A DNA stretch of 61,617 bases, filler included. It is 5 parts of 5 records of this genome, joined end to end, with 100 filler letters (N's around TTAATTAATTAA, not from the genome) between each part and the next. Parts side by side here need not be neighbours in the genome. Positions count along the whole stretch, not along the records: positions 25,717 to 47,601 come from SRR31156797_15792; positions 47,702 to 55,419 come from SRR31156797_15830; 3 more parts are not named here. One strand, given 5' to 3'. Position 1 is the stretch's first letter; each line of letters opens with the position of its first letter. Of this stretch, positions 43,726-54,041 are shown in pieces. A program made the translations under genes and the position numbers. The notes under the pieces were generated by a model. It ran no database searches. It saw only the letters and a list, made by a program, of their open reading frames with translations, and was not told the DNA's origin.

Positions 43726-46700
43726 AACAAGGGTGGATCAAAATAGGACTGTTCATTTTATTGCTTGGTATAACGGATCTACTTCAGGCACAGTTTTATA
43801 ATGGCCATCAAATGACTTTTGGCAAAAACAGGGTTCAATATCGTAAATTCTTTTGGCAACACTATGTTTTTGAACGCTACAAGGTTTATTATAGTGAAGG
43901 GGGTGATTACACTGCTCGCTATGTGGGGTTGAATGCTTCCAAAATACTCACAGAAATGGAGTATCGGTTGGACTATCAATTAGATGGAAGTATAAATTTT
44001 GTAGTCTACAATGACTTGTTAGATTTCAGGCAGAGCAACATCGGGCTGGTTTCAGGAAATGATCAATACAACATTGGAGGAGTCACGGCTATATCCAATA
44101 ATAAAGTAATGATTTACAATTTTGGCGATCATCATCAAATTGATAAGCAAATCAGATCAGCAGTTTCCGAATTACTTATTAATGAAATATTGGTGGGCAA
44201 CCGATTTAGCGACAGGCTTACAAATACTGCGCTAATGGCTTATCCTGAGTGGTATATTAAAGGATTGATTGCCTATTATGGAACTGAATTCGACGCCACA
44301 GCTCAGCAAAAAATTAAGGATGGATTAGTCAACGGAAAATTTCGCAAGCTTCAATGGTTGACTGATGAAGATGCTATGTTGGCCGGATTTTCATTCTGGA
44401 CATTTATTGCTATTAACTATGGAGAGCCAGCTCTTCGGGATATTATGTATTTGTCGAGGGTTACCAAAAATATAAACAATGCTTTTGTCTTTGTAACCGG
44501 TGTGCCATTTAAATATTTAATTAAAGAATGGGCTGCCTATTATAAATATAGATACCAAGCGGATAAATCACTTACAGAGGAAAGCGATGCTGAAAAGGTT
44601 GATACAAGAATTAAAAAGAATGTAACTTATCAAAATCTAAGCGTTTCACCGGATAAGCAATATTTATCATGGAGCACCAATGAGAATGGTAAGGTAAATA
44701 TTTACATGCAAAACAGAATTACCGGCAAGAAAGAAAAAATTTACAACTTTGGAAATCAACTACCTCAGGAAATAGACGAAAAATATCCCTTGATGCAGTG
44801 GTTTCCAAATTCAATGATGCTGACCTGGATATTTGAGTATGAGCAAGCGATTCGACTCTATTTTTACAATATTGAAACAGCAGAAATTGAATTTCGGAAT
44901 ATTCCCCGAGCATATCGAATTTTAGATTATGATTTCAATAAAGACGGATCTCATATGGTTTACTCTGCAATGTCTGGTGGTACTGTAGACCTTTTTTTAT
45001 TGGAGCTTATCTCAAATGATCAAAAGCAGTTAAGTAATGATTTAGCCGATGAGTTGGACCCAAAATTTACCAGCCGAAACCAAATCATTTTTAGCAGTAA
45101 TCGCACATTGAATAATGGCAATTTGATTAATCCACATTATGATATTTACAGAACAGGTACAGATAATTACGATCCGATTTTATTAATTGAACAAAAGGGT
45201 AACCAATTGCAAACCATTCCATTAAACAAAGATGAATTTCTTTATTTGACTGATGAAAATGGTATACAAAATCGGTTCTATGCACAATATGATAGTGCCG
45301 TATTATTTGTGGATACTGCGATTCATTACAGGTACTTTACTTCATTGAAGCCAATGACGAATCGCAACTTTGGAATAATCAGTCATGGATCAAATGTGCA
45401 AAAGGATATTTTAACCGAAATTGGTTACCAGAATCAGAAATATACAATGGCACAAAAACCATTGGATCTTAAACCTTCAGAAAACTTTCTGGAAACAACG
45501 GAAGCAAGAGCATTTTTTGATATCAGAAGAAAGTTTTATAATCGACAACTTAAAGAATTGCAAGAACGTCGCATGAAAAACGACAGCTTGATAAATATAA
45601 ACTACTATGTTTTTGAGTTTGAAAAAAGAGAGCAGCAGAAGAATCGTTGGCCTTTGATTGAAGAGAACAAGCTTTGGGTATTGCGTCGAAAGATTTATTT
45701 AACAACATTTTACACTAACTATACGGTAAATCAGGTTGATTTTAGTCAACTCAATCAAAGTTATCAGGTGTATACGGGAGGAGCGGTGTTTTTTAATCCG
45801 GGGTTTAATGTGCTCACAAAATTTGGAGCTGCCGATTTATTTGAGGATTATAAACTTACAGCTGGTTTTAGGTTGGCGGCAAATTTTACCGGAAATGAAT
45901 ACCTCATTAGCATCGAGAATGTAAAAGGCAGACTTGACAAGCAATTAGTATTTCACAGGATGGGTAGCGAAGAATTTATCGATGATGAATACAAAAGATC
46001 TTATTCTTATCAAACCTTGGGTGTGGCAAAGTATCCTTTCACACAAGTGTCTTCTGCAAGGTTAACAGCTCGTTTGCGTTTGGACCAAATTGTATATCCG
46101 GCTATTAATAATGAGACCCTTAGGCAGCCGGATGATTATAGAATATGGGGCGGTTGGTTGGCAGAGTATATTTACGACAATACAGAACCGCTTGGCTTGA
46201 ATCTTTTTAAAGGAACAAGAGCCAAAATTTTTGGAGAGCAATATTCGCGTTTGGAGGCGAATATAAAAGAACATATGTTTGTGTTGGGGGCAGACATAAG
46301 ACATTATTTTCAGATTCACAGACAATTTATTTGGGCCAACCGATTTGCTACTTCAACATCATTTGGCAATGCCATGTTGATTTATTATTTAGGGGGTGTT
46401 GATAATTGGATGTCAACCGGGCGAGGTTATTTTGACCAATCTATACCAGTAGATAAGGATAAAAACTGGGCATTTCAAACGGTAGCAACAAATATGCGTG
46501 GGTTTCAGCAAAATGTGCGAAACGGAAATAGTTTTGCTGTAATCAATTCAGAATTAAGATGGCCATTGGTAAGGTATATTTTTAACAGGCCATTGAATAG
46601 CGATATTTTAGATAATTTCATGATTGCCGGCTTCTTCGATTTGGGAAGTGCCTGGTATGGTTTCGATATTACCAATAAGGATAATTTTTACCGATACGAT

Positions 46701-46886
46701 TATGTGGAGAACGGTCCGGTATCAGTTCGAATTGATAAAAGACGCGATCCACTTGTGGCGGGTTATGGATTTGGTTTCCGCACACGCCTTTTCGGGTATT
46801 ATATGCGCTTTGACTGGGCATGGGGTATAGAAAACAAGCAAGTATTAGATCGGATCTTCTATTTTTCAATTAATCTCGATTTTTAA
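43722..46886 (+). CDS. Outer-membrane protein: degenerate peptidase-MA-like N-terminus, PD40/beta-propeller, C-terminal Omp85-like barrel
   Basis: FGKNRVQY, PEWY..G, propeller-type repeats, MRGF, terminal aromatic strand YFSINLDF. Confidence 0.65.
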   Translation: MKQGWIKIGLFILLLGITDLLQAQFYNGHQMTFGKNRVQYRKFFWQHYVFERYKVYYSEGGDYTARYVGLNASKILTEMEYRLDYQLDGSINFVVYNDLLDFRQSNIGLVSGNDQYNIGGVTAISNNKVMIYNFGDHHQIDKQIRSAVSELLINEILVGNRFSDRLTNTALMAYPEWYIKGLIAYYGTEFDATAQQKIKDGLVNGKFRKLQWLTDEDAMLAGFSFWTFIAINYGEPALRDIMYLSRVTKNINNAFVFVTGVPFKYLIKEWAAYYKYRYQADKSLTEESDAEKVDTRIKKNVTYQNLSVSPDKQYLSWSTNENGKVNIYMQNRITGKKEKIYNFGNQLPQEIDEKYPLMQWFPNSMMLTWIFEYEQAIRLYFYNIETAEIEFRNIPRAYRILDYDFNKDGSHMVYSAMSGGTVDLFLLELISNDQKQLSNDLADELDPKFTSRNQIIFSSNRTLNNGNLINPHYDIYRTGTDNYDPILLIEQKGNQLQTIPLNKDEFLYLTDENGIQNRFYAQYDSAVLFVDTAIHYRYFTSLKPMTNRNFGIISHGSNVQKDILTEIGYQNQKYTMAQKPLDLKPSENFLETTEARAFFDIRRKFYNRQLKELQERRMKNDSLININYYVFEFEKREQQKNRWPLIEENKLWVLRRKIYLTTFYTNYTVNQVDFSQLNQSYQVYTGGAVFFNPGFNVLTKFGAADLFEDYKLTAGFRLAANFTGNEYLISIENVKGRLDKQLVFHRMGSEEFIDDEYKRSYSYQTLGVAKYPFTQVSSARLTARLRLDQIVYPAINNETLRQPDDYRIWGGWLAEYIYDNTEPLGLNLFKGTRAKIFGEQYSRLEANIKEHMFVLGADIRHYFQIHRQFIWANRFATSTSFGNAMLIYYLGGVDNWMSTGRGYFDQSIPVDKDKNWAFQTVATNMRGFQQNVRNGNSFAVINSELRWPLVRYIFNRPLNSDILDNFMIAGFFDLGSAWYGFDITNKDNFYRYDYVENGPVSVRIDKRRDPLVAGYGFGFRTRLFGYYMRFDWAWGIENKQVLDRIFYFSINLDF

Positions 46887-46984
46887 CATAAAACATATGC
46901 AGAGTGCCGGCAAAGTTCGATATATTTGTATGTTTCAATATGTTTTAATGGCAATTAAACGGTTGGATTTTTAATGAAATTGAT

Positions 46985-47353
46985 ATGCGAATGAACGAAT
47001 TAGTGATATTATTACTTATAGGATTGTTTGCAGGAATTGTTGGCGGAATGATGGGTGTAGGTGGTGGTGTAGTGGTGATTCCCGCGTTGGTTTTTATAAT
47101 GGGGTTTTCGCAGCACCAGGCGCAGGGAACAGCCTTAGCCTTTATGTTACCACCAATTGGTTTGATGGCTGCGTGGAATTATTATAAAGAAGGATATGTA
47201 AATGTAAAATTTGCGCTCATTCTGATGGTTGCCTTTGTGGTAGGAGCCTGGATTGGCAGTGCAGTGGCAGTTCATATTCCGGACAAATACCTGAAAAAGA
47301 TATTTGGTTTTGTGCTTTTGTATGCAGCGTACCGAATGATTTTTAAGTCTTAA
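46985..47353 (+). CDS. Half-size TauE/SafE (TSUP) family transporter
   Basis: GMMGVGGG...P, QHQAQGT, four TM segments. Confidence 0.85.
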   Translation: MRMNELVILLLIGLFAGIVGGMMGVGGGVVVIPALVFIMGFSQHQAQGTALAFMLPPIGLMAAWNYYKEGYVNVKFALILMVAFVVGAWIGSAVAVHIPDKYLKKIFGFVLLYAAYRMIFKS

Positions 47354-47509
47354 TTTCTTGGTTAATAGTCGGGGTACGACTATTTAAATTGAAATCGTAC
47401 AAGAAATGTTTTCTGAAGAACCAACCTGGCGAGTCGTGCTCCGACTTGTTTCAAAATCACCCCATAACTTCCTGAGCGTTAGTTGTTCTATAAAAAATCT
47501 TATATTGTT

Positions 47510-47540
47510 TTTGGTATTACACAAAAGTTACTTACTTTTG
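47510..47540 (+). promoter_or_regulatory. Bacteroidota primary-sigma promoter of tRNA-Cys
   Basis: TTTG (47510) - 19 nt - TACTTTTG (47533), matching the -33/-7 consensus. Confidence 0.7.
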
Positions 47541-47552
47541 CAATCCGCAAAT

Positions 47553-47601
47553 GGTCGGTTGGCCGAGCGGCTAGGCAGCGGTCTGCAAAACCGCGTACGG
47601 C
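47553..47601 (+). tRNA. tRNA-Cys(GCA), 3'-truncated
   Basis: GGTCGGT TGGCCGAGCGGCTAGGC, anticodon arm GCGGT-CTGCAAA-ACCGC. Cut by the linker. Confidence 0.9.
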
Positions 47602-47701
47602 NNNNNNNNNNNNNNNNNNNNNNNNNNNNNNNNNNNNNNNNNNNNTTAATTAATTAANNNNNNNNNNNNNNNNNNNNNNNNNNNNNNNNNNNNNNNNNNN
47701 N
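47602..47701. other. Artificial contig linker
   Basis: N-run, TTAATTAATTAA, N-run. Confidence 0.99.
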
Positions 47702-48051
47702 CATCCATGCTTTGCCAACCGCCAGCCCCAATCCATTTCCATATCACCGTTGATATCCCTTGGCAGAGTATCGAATTCCCAGGCAAAGATCGGGATAATG
47801 GGACATACGATATGTTGGGGGATTTTGTGTGGTTGTGAGAAAAAAAGGCAAAAACACGTTTCTCCGCGCGCAAAACAATTATTGTAGTAATGGTCCAGAA
47901 GGCCTAACTCCCCTTCGACGGGAACCACAAAATACACTTTTGATAAAGCTTTAATGAACTGACGATAAACAAAATAATAGCTGTACTCAGCCTCACCAAG
48001 TTTATTTTGGACGCTTTCGTCCTTCATCGCACAATAAGCTAGAATCAACAT
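47702..48051 (-). CDS. Glycosyltransferase (GT-B), 3'-truncated, paralogue of the upstream gene
   Basis: LG..EYSYYFV and FAWEFDT motifs shared with 48092-49819. Confidence 0.75.
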
Positions 48052-48091
48052 ATTTCGTTCCTAACGAGTCTTTTCCGCGCTACTGTAAAAA

Positions 48092-49819
48092 TCAGCGTAT
48101 AAATGACTCGAGTTTTTCTTTTACCCGGTCCCTTGATGCGAAAACCGCAATGCTTTTTTTGGCAAAATCCGACATTTGCCTGTATTTGTCCGGCTGGCGG
48201 ACGACGATGTCATAGCTATCCGTAAATGCCGATCGAAGAGAAGCCCAGTCTATCCTTCTGCACAGGGTCGTATATTTTTCTTTGGGGTCATGAGGCCAAT
48301 ACGATAATTCATCGGAACTGCTTACCAAAAAATTCGCCTTCTCGTTCACATAATCCAAAAGCGCCGTGTGACGGGGGGAAATTGCCGGTTTTCCCTGGCC
48401 CATGAATTCCATGAGGGGCAAACAAAGACCCTCGGCTTTGGATGTGTTTACATAAACATCTGTCAACTCAACAAGATGTCTGTAATTTTCAGCGTCTATA
48501 TATCCATGAAGGACGATCATTCTGCACTGAAAAGGTTGAAGGCGTGCGATCAGTTCATGAAGTTCGGTGAAATATTCGGAATGATGCGCCGAAGACGCTT
48601 TAATCAGCAGGGTAGCGTTGGCATTATCGCGAAAGGCGTAGAAAAATGCGGTAATCAAATCTTTCCAGTTTTTGCGGCCGCATTTCGGGTTTAAAACGGC
48701 AGTATAGAGAATTCCGTCAATCTTCATCGTTTGAGCCGTGGCTTTTTTAAAAGCGAAAGCCCTCTCAGCTCCAGCGCTGCCTTGTTCCGGACTCTTCAGC
48801 GTCGCCTTTATCAATCCAATCGCCATGGAGCGTGGATCTGGTTGTTCGGGTATGGAGCGGGCGTCCAAATTGGAAAACGTCAGTATATTCGCGGGCTCCG
48901 AAATGGAAAAAGAAAGGCGTTTTTCGTTGATATGCGAATCCACAAGAAGCCGCCGTTTGTGATGGCCGATGGAAACGGCGATTGTCCTGCCGATGTTTGC
49001 TCCATATGCCGTGAGTTCCAACTCGAGAATTATTTCTCCGGCCACCATTTTCGGCAATAAAACCCATGCTTCGGAAAGACAGGTCCAAGCCCCCCAGCTT
49101 TCTGGAGGGTAGAAGCCGCAAAGGCAAGCTCTATCTTTTGTATGACAACTGAAGATAAGTTCGATCTTCTCGCCATTCCAGGGCTTCATAGGGAAGGCCG
49201 CCGTTGGGCGTAGCGGTTTGATACTCTCTTTTCCGATTTCATAAGCGGTAGTGTCGATCATGAGTCCTTCGGCTTCGAAGCATCTCCTTGGATTCTGCGC
49301 ACAAGAATAGGCAAACGCCGTAGCCCGGTTTTCTTCCAAAATGGGTACTGGAACGGGTATGGCTGAAATCTTAAACGATTCTCCAAGGGTTTTTTTTACG
49401 ACTTTCTCGGTATGGGTCGACAACGATATTGCCTGGCATACTTCCTTTAGCACTTTTGTCCAATCATCCAGGCCTTCCATGCCCAACGAAGATTGGGGAA
49501 TTGTATCGAATTCCCAGGCAAACACGATGACAGTTGGGCATGGAAGGTTGAGAACGGCTTTGTTCGGCGGTGAAAAACAGAAAAAAAGGCATTTTTGTCC
49601 TTTTTTTAAAGCGTCCTCGTAGATGGGGTTCACTTCGTGAACCGGATCTTTTACGATTCTAACCTCCCCCAACATCTGCAAAACATCTGCAAATCCTTTG
49701 CAGACAAAATAATAGCTGTAATCCGGTATACCCAGGCTGTTGGAAATAGACTGATCGTTGACGGCTGAATAGAGGATAAATACCCGCTCTGGCTGATTGT
49801 GTTTATCTATATAGGGCAT
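48092..49819 (-). CDS. GT4-like glycosyltransferase with an inserted beta-sandwich domain
   Basis: EGLCLPLMEFM (E-X7-E), RKNWKD, insert beginning GFYPPESWGAWT. Start approximate. Confidence 0.8.
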   Translation of the reverse strand: MPYIDKHNQPERVFILYSAVNDQSISNSLGIPDYSYYFVCKGFADVLQMLGEVRIVKDPVHEVNPIYEDALKKGQKCLFFCFSPPNKAVLNLPCPTVIVFAWEFDTIPQSSLGMEGLDDWTKVLKEVCQAISLSTHTEKVVKKTLGESFKISAIPVPVPILEENRATAFAYSCAQNPRRCFEAEGLMIDTTAYEIGKESIKPLRPTAAFPMKPWNGEKIELIFSCHTKDRACLCGFYPPESWGAWTCLSEAWVLLPKMVAGEIILELELTAYGANIGRTIAVSIGHHKRRLLVDSHINEKRLSFSISEPANILTFSNLDARSIPEQPDPRSMAIGLIKATLKSPEQGSAGAERAFAFKKATAQTMKIDGILYTAVLNPKCGRKNWKDLITAFFYAFRDNANATLLIKASSAHHSEYFTELHELIARLQPFQCRMIVLHGYIDAENYRHLVELTDVYVNTSKAEGLCLPLMEFMGQGKPAISPRHTALLDYVNEKANFLVSSSDELSYWPHDPKEKYTTLCRRIDWASLRSAFTDSYDIVVRQPDKYRQMSDFAKKSIAVFASRDRVKEKLESFIR

Positions 49820-50672
49820 TGTACTTGGGCCATCGGGAACGGGTTTCACCTAAATCATCTAAAAATGCATCGATATCCGAGCCTATATGATCCTTGACCA
49901 ATGACTTTGCATTCACGCTCCATTGTATCGGTTCGCGAAAAGGCCTCCTAAGCCCGAGCTTAACTGCATATGCATCTTGTTTTAGAATGCTAACTTTACT
50001 CAGCCATGGGCCAAGAACCGGATGACAACGAATCCAGCGAAACAGGCGGCTATCATACAATTTTTCTTCTCCTCGGTTCATGTGTGGAAGATCTTTCGTG
50101 GTGAATGTATGCTTATCTACACATAAAAAGTCATAGCAGAGTTCTGCAACCGCTTTCGTATCGGTTTTTAAATCTTCTAACAAGATAGACAGTACATTCT
50201 CTTTTCCAAACAGGTTCCGATGGGTTTTCATCCTCGAAAAGTAGGACGTATCGCCCATGATTTGAGGCATTTGAATTAATGCCTCGTCCAAATCAAAAGG
50301 GGTGTTGAGGCCGAATTTGGGTGCGCTGTTATGCATTTCCCTGAAGCTGGATTCAATTCTGTCAATGGGGTCCCTGGCGATAAAGATCAGTTTTGCATCA
50401 GGGTTGTTTTCAAACATTTCCCTGCTGGCGTCCTTCTCCATGCAAATACTGCTGTAAAACGTACTGCAATCTCCTTTTTTCAGACCTGTCTTCGCAATGG
50501 CGTAGAGAGAATCAAACCATTGCGCCTTTTTATCACCCCCTGAATTGCCGAAGTAGTTGGGCTCTTTGAATTCAGGGATAAAGATTTCCGGATGGTGGTT
50601 CAGAACCTTGAACAAGGTGGTTGTCCCACATTTGCTGAATCCGGGCACAAAAAAATCAATGGTCGTTTTCAT
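49803..50672 (-). CDS. PAPS-dependent sulfotransferase
   Basis: 5'-PSB GFSKCGTT, KEPNYF, 3'-PB RDPIDRIESS. Confidence 0.88.
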   Translation of the reverse strand: MKTTIDFFVPGFSKCGTTTLFKVLNHHPEIFIPEFKEPNYFGNSGGDKKAQWFDSLYAIAKTGLKKGDCSTFYSSICMEKDASREMFENNPDAKLIFIARDPIDRIESSFREMHNSAPKFGLNTPFDLDEALIQMPQIMGDTSYFSRMKTHRNLFGKENVLSILLEDLKTDTKAVAELCYDFLCVDKHTFTTKDLPHMNRGEEKLYDSRLFRWIRCHPVLGPWLSKVSILKQDAYAVKLGLRRPFREPIQWSVNAKSLVKDHIGSDIDAFLDDLGETRSRWPKYNALYR

Positions 50673-51793
50673 GGCTGGCCGATCAGATCTCGATAAACGT
50701 TCAAGGTTTGGTCAACCATCTTCTCAGCGGTAAACAGCTGTTTTACCCGGTTGGCGCCACAGGCTCCCATTTCATCTCTTTTTTGAGGATTGTCTAACAG
50801 GCTGTTGATGGCGGCCGACAGCGCGGGGACATCGTTGGGAGGAACGGTGATTCCCGTTTGATTGTCGATGTTGGCATAGCTCGTCCCCGTACCCAACTCC
50901 GCGCAGATTACAGGCTTTCCGCAGCACATGGCCTCGATCTGAACAATGCCGAAGGCTTCGCTTCTCAAATGAGAGGGCAAAATGAAGATATCGCAGGCTT
51001 TGTAAAATGCGTCGACCTTCTCATCGGGAAGGTCTCCCAGAAAGTCGATTCGCTGTTCCAGTTGTTCCTCAGCAACGATCTTTCGGAGTCTTTTCTCCTC
51101 TGGACCGGTTCCGATCAGCAGTAATTTTGCATTTACGTTTTTCATCGCGGAAAGCAGCAGGTGTAAGCCCTTGTAATAACGAAAGCGCCCCACAAACAAA
51201 AGCAGCGGCTCTTTGCCGTATCTCTCTTTGATTGTGTTCAATTCGGCGTTGGATTTATAGGTGTTGAACCGATCTGTTCGGATTCCATAGGGAATGACCG
51301 TACACTTGTGTGCATACTCTTTCAATACGTTGGAGGATTGAATGTAGTTTCCTGACGAAGCGATGATCCTGTCGCAGGCATCCAGGAAAACTTTTAGAAA
51401 TGGCGCGTAAACCAACCCCAGTTTCGCCTGTCTGACAATGTCGCTGTGATAACTGACGATCAGTTTCTTTTTCATGTTCGCCAACAGATAGGAAAGCTCA
51501 GCTGTCGGGTTCGGGTGGTGAAAATGAACAATGTCGGCCGATTTGCCGAGTTTTTTTATATACCGCCAAAACGTCGGTGTGATGGGGGCCGATACCACTC
51601 TTCCCCACTGGGGGGCTTTGGACACGGTGATGTTGTTGTAATCTTCACGTTCGAACCGGTTCGAAGTGTTGGAAACAAGGACCGCTACCTCAACGCCCCG
51701 GGTTTTCAATCCCTGGGCAAGAATGTTAATGTGACATTCAATCCCTCCTTTAACAGGAGGATAAAAATCTTTATAGACATGTAAAATTTTCAA
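50669..51793 (-). CDS. GT4 glycosyltransferase
   Basis: GGIE, FVGRFRYYKG, EAFGIVQIEAM. Confidence 0.9.
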   Translation of the reverse strand: MKILHVYKDFYPPVKGGIECHINILAQGLKTRGVEVAVLVSNTSNRFEREDYNNITVSKAPQWGRVVSAPITPTFWRYIKKLGKSADIVHFHHPNPTAELSYLLANMKKKLIVSYHSDIVRQAKLGLVYAPFLKVFLDACDRIIASSGNYIQSSNVLKEYAHKCTVIPYGIRTDRFNTYKSNAELNTIKERYGKEPLLLFVGRFRYYKGLHLLLSAMKNVNAKLLLIGTGPEEKRLRKIVAEEQLEQRIDFLGDLPDEKVDAFYKACDIFILPSHLRSEAFGIVQIEAMCCGKPVICAELGTGTSYANIDNQTGITVPPNDVPALSAAINSLLDNPQKRDEMGACGANRVKQLFTAEKMVDQTLNVYRDLIGQP

Positions 51794-52866
51794 AGCGGTT
51801 TTCCGGGTGTCCTGGATAGTAATTTGGGCTCTGTTTCATTCAGATGATCACCCCTAACACCCGAAAACTCGTTTTTTTCCAAATCATTCTTGCCCAATTC
51901 AGCGTCTACCATCATCCTAGCGATATCGGTGATGGCGTGTTTGGCCTTCCATCCAAGTTTTTCTTCGGCTTTTTCAGGATGACTACGGGAGATCAGGATG
52001 TCCGTTGGCCTAAAAAATTCGGATCTGAAATGGACATGTTTTTGCCAATCAAGCCCTATGTGTGAAAAAACAAGGTGGATAAACTCTTTGAGGCTGTGGG
52101 TTTTTCCCGTGGAGATAATGAAATCATCTGGCTCTTTCTGCTGTAAAGTAAGCCACATGGCTTCCACATAGTCAGGCGCCCAGCCCCAGTCTCGCTGGAT
52201 GTCAATATTTCCCAGCGCAAGCTCTTCCTGGAGTCCCTGAGCGATCTGGCAGGCTCCTGCAACGATTTTTCGTGTGACGAAGCGGCCGGGTCGCAACGGG
52301 GATTCATGGTTGAAAAGGATGCCTGAACTAGTAAACAAGCCGTAGGCTTCCCGATAATTGGCCGTTTGCCAAAACGCGGCAGCCTTGGCAACGGCGTACG
52401 GACTACGCGGTCGAAAAGGGGTCATTTCCGTTGCCGCCTCACCGTTGGTATTCCCGAAGCATTCACTGGAGGAGGCATTGAAAAGCCGTGCCTCCATCTG
52501 AAGAAAACGCAACGCTTCCATCAGATTCAAGGTTCCCAAGGTGATGCTCTCAAAGGTTTCTACGGGTTGGTCGAAAGAGAGGCCCACAGAAGTCTGGCCG
52601 GCCAGGTTGTAAATTTCATCCGGGGCGATTTTACTTAATACCTGAATCACACTCCTGAAATCGATGAGACTCATGGATTTCACCTGAACCCGGTCTCGAA
52701 CGCCCAATCGATGAAGATTGGCAAAGGAGGAAATTTGCGCATCGCGAGAGGTTCCCCAGATTTCGTATCCTTTATCCAGTAAAAATCGGGTTAAATAGGC
52801 ACCGTCCTGACCGGTGATCCCGATAATGAGTGCTTTTTTCTTTTTCTGCGGTTTGGAGGTTTTCAT
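51790..52866 (-). CDS. gmd: GDP-mannose 4,6-dehydratase
   Basis: GITGQDG, YNLAGQ, ASSSE, SPYAVAK, LFNHES, RDWG. Confidence 0.93.
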   Translation of the reverse strand: MKTSKPQKKKKALIIGITGQDGAYLTRFLLDKGYEIWGTSRDAQISSFANLHRLGVRDRVQVKSMSLIDFRSVIQVLSKIAPDEIYNLAGQTSVGLSFDQPVETFESITLGTLNLMEALRFLQMEARLFNASSSECFGNTNGEAATEMTPFRPRSPYAVAKAAAFWQTANYREAYGLFTSSGILFNHESPLRPGRFVTRKIVAGACQIAQGLQEELALGNIDIQRDWGWAPDYVEAMWLTLQQKEPDDFIISTGKTHSLKEFIHLVFSHIGLDWQKHVHFRSEFFRPTDILISRSHPEKAEEKLGWKAKHAITDIARMMVDAELGKNDLEKNEFSGVRGDHLNETEPKLLSRTPGKPL

Positions 52867-53053
52867 TGTATCCTATTATTTCGTGCTAGCGGCCGGACCG
52901 TATTGCATCTTTTCATTACCGCGGTTTCTTCCAAAACCAAAGGCCTCGGATATGACGAGACCCCGAAGCCTATAACAGCAGATCATCGAATTGAAAAGGC
53001 CCACGGTTTATTGGGCCATCATGATGAAGAGACAGGCTGATCATGATGAGCTA

Positions 53054-53082
53054 AATATAATGGATCGGTGTAGGTGTGTCAA
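53054..53082 (-). promoter_or_regulatory. Sigma70 promoter of the gmd operon
   Basis: Minus strand TTGACA-17 nt-TATATT. Confidence 0.7.
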
Positions 53083-53132
53083 TACGGGTGTAGATACAGC
53101 CTAATATAGATCTTTACGTGTATCATTCACGT

Positions 53133-53873
53133 TCAGATATCGCACATAAAATCCGCATAACGGGATGAACGACAAGGCTCAGGCGTTGTTCTTGTAGACT
53201 GATCCATAAAGACGTACCGTTCTGTGAGGTCGGCGATGGCAACAGCTCCCCCCTTTGTTTGAAGATAACACCACATGGCCTGCAGCGCCGCGCCGACAGT
53301 ACCGGCCTCCGTGGATACCGGGCATACAACCGGTGTGTTGAACAGGTCGGCAACGATCTGCCTCCAGAGGCTGCTTTTTGCGCCGCCGCCTACGAGACGA
53401 ATCTCCTCAGGAGAGATTCCCTGCTGCTGCAGCACGTCCAGTCCGTATCGCAACCCGAAGGTAGCGCCTTCCATGGCACAACGGGTGAGATTCGAAGGCG
53501 TGTAGTTGGTGCTGGTCAAGCCAAAAAGGGTTGCTTTACCATTGGGCAGAGCCGGAGTTCGTTCTCCATTGAAATAGGGCAGCAGAAGAATTCCTTCGGA
53601 TTCAGCCGGTGCATTCGCCGCCGCCTCGTTCATTTGCTCTATGGTCATTCCCAGTAAGGTTCGGGTGAGCTCCGTAGCGACGGTTACGTTCATGGTGCTA
53701 GGGCAGCCAACCGCCGCTGCTCGAGCAGAATGCGGCCACCTCTCCTTTCGGATCGACCACGGGGGCGTCCGAGTAAGCATAGATGGTTCCCGATGTACCC
53801 AGGCTGGTTGTTACGATTCCTGGTTTGACATTTCCCGTACCGATCGCCGCCATCATGTTGTCTCCGCCACCGG
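53133..53873 (-). pseudogene. xylB: Xylulokinase pseudogene (N-terminal half missing, frameshifted)
   Basis: One frame reads GGGDNMMAAIGTGN...SLGTSGTIYA...GGWLP*. Another continues TMNVT...PYFNGERTP...MEGATF...LVGGGAKS. No N-terminal FGGY domain upstream. Confidence 0.85.
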
Positions 53874-53950
53874 GGAGAGTGTTCGACGAAGCTTTCTCAA
53901 AATGAATATCCGGGAACGGTCAATCCGGCCGATATCTGGTTTGTGCTCAA

Positions 53951-53994
53951 AACGAACCCCTCAGAAGATCAAACCCGTGCCTGAGGGGTTCGTT
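53951..53994 (-). terminator. Stem-loop, likely terminator of the isomerase gene
   Basis: Perfect 14-bp inverted repeat AACGAACCCCTCAG/CTGAGGGGTTCGTT with a short U-run on the minus strand. Confidence 0.6.
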
Positions 53995-54041
53995 GTAGAA
54001 CGCTTTAATCTATGCCAAATTTTCTTATTTCTGGATACGTC

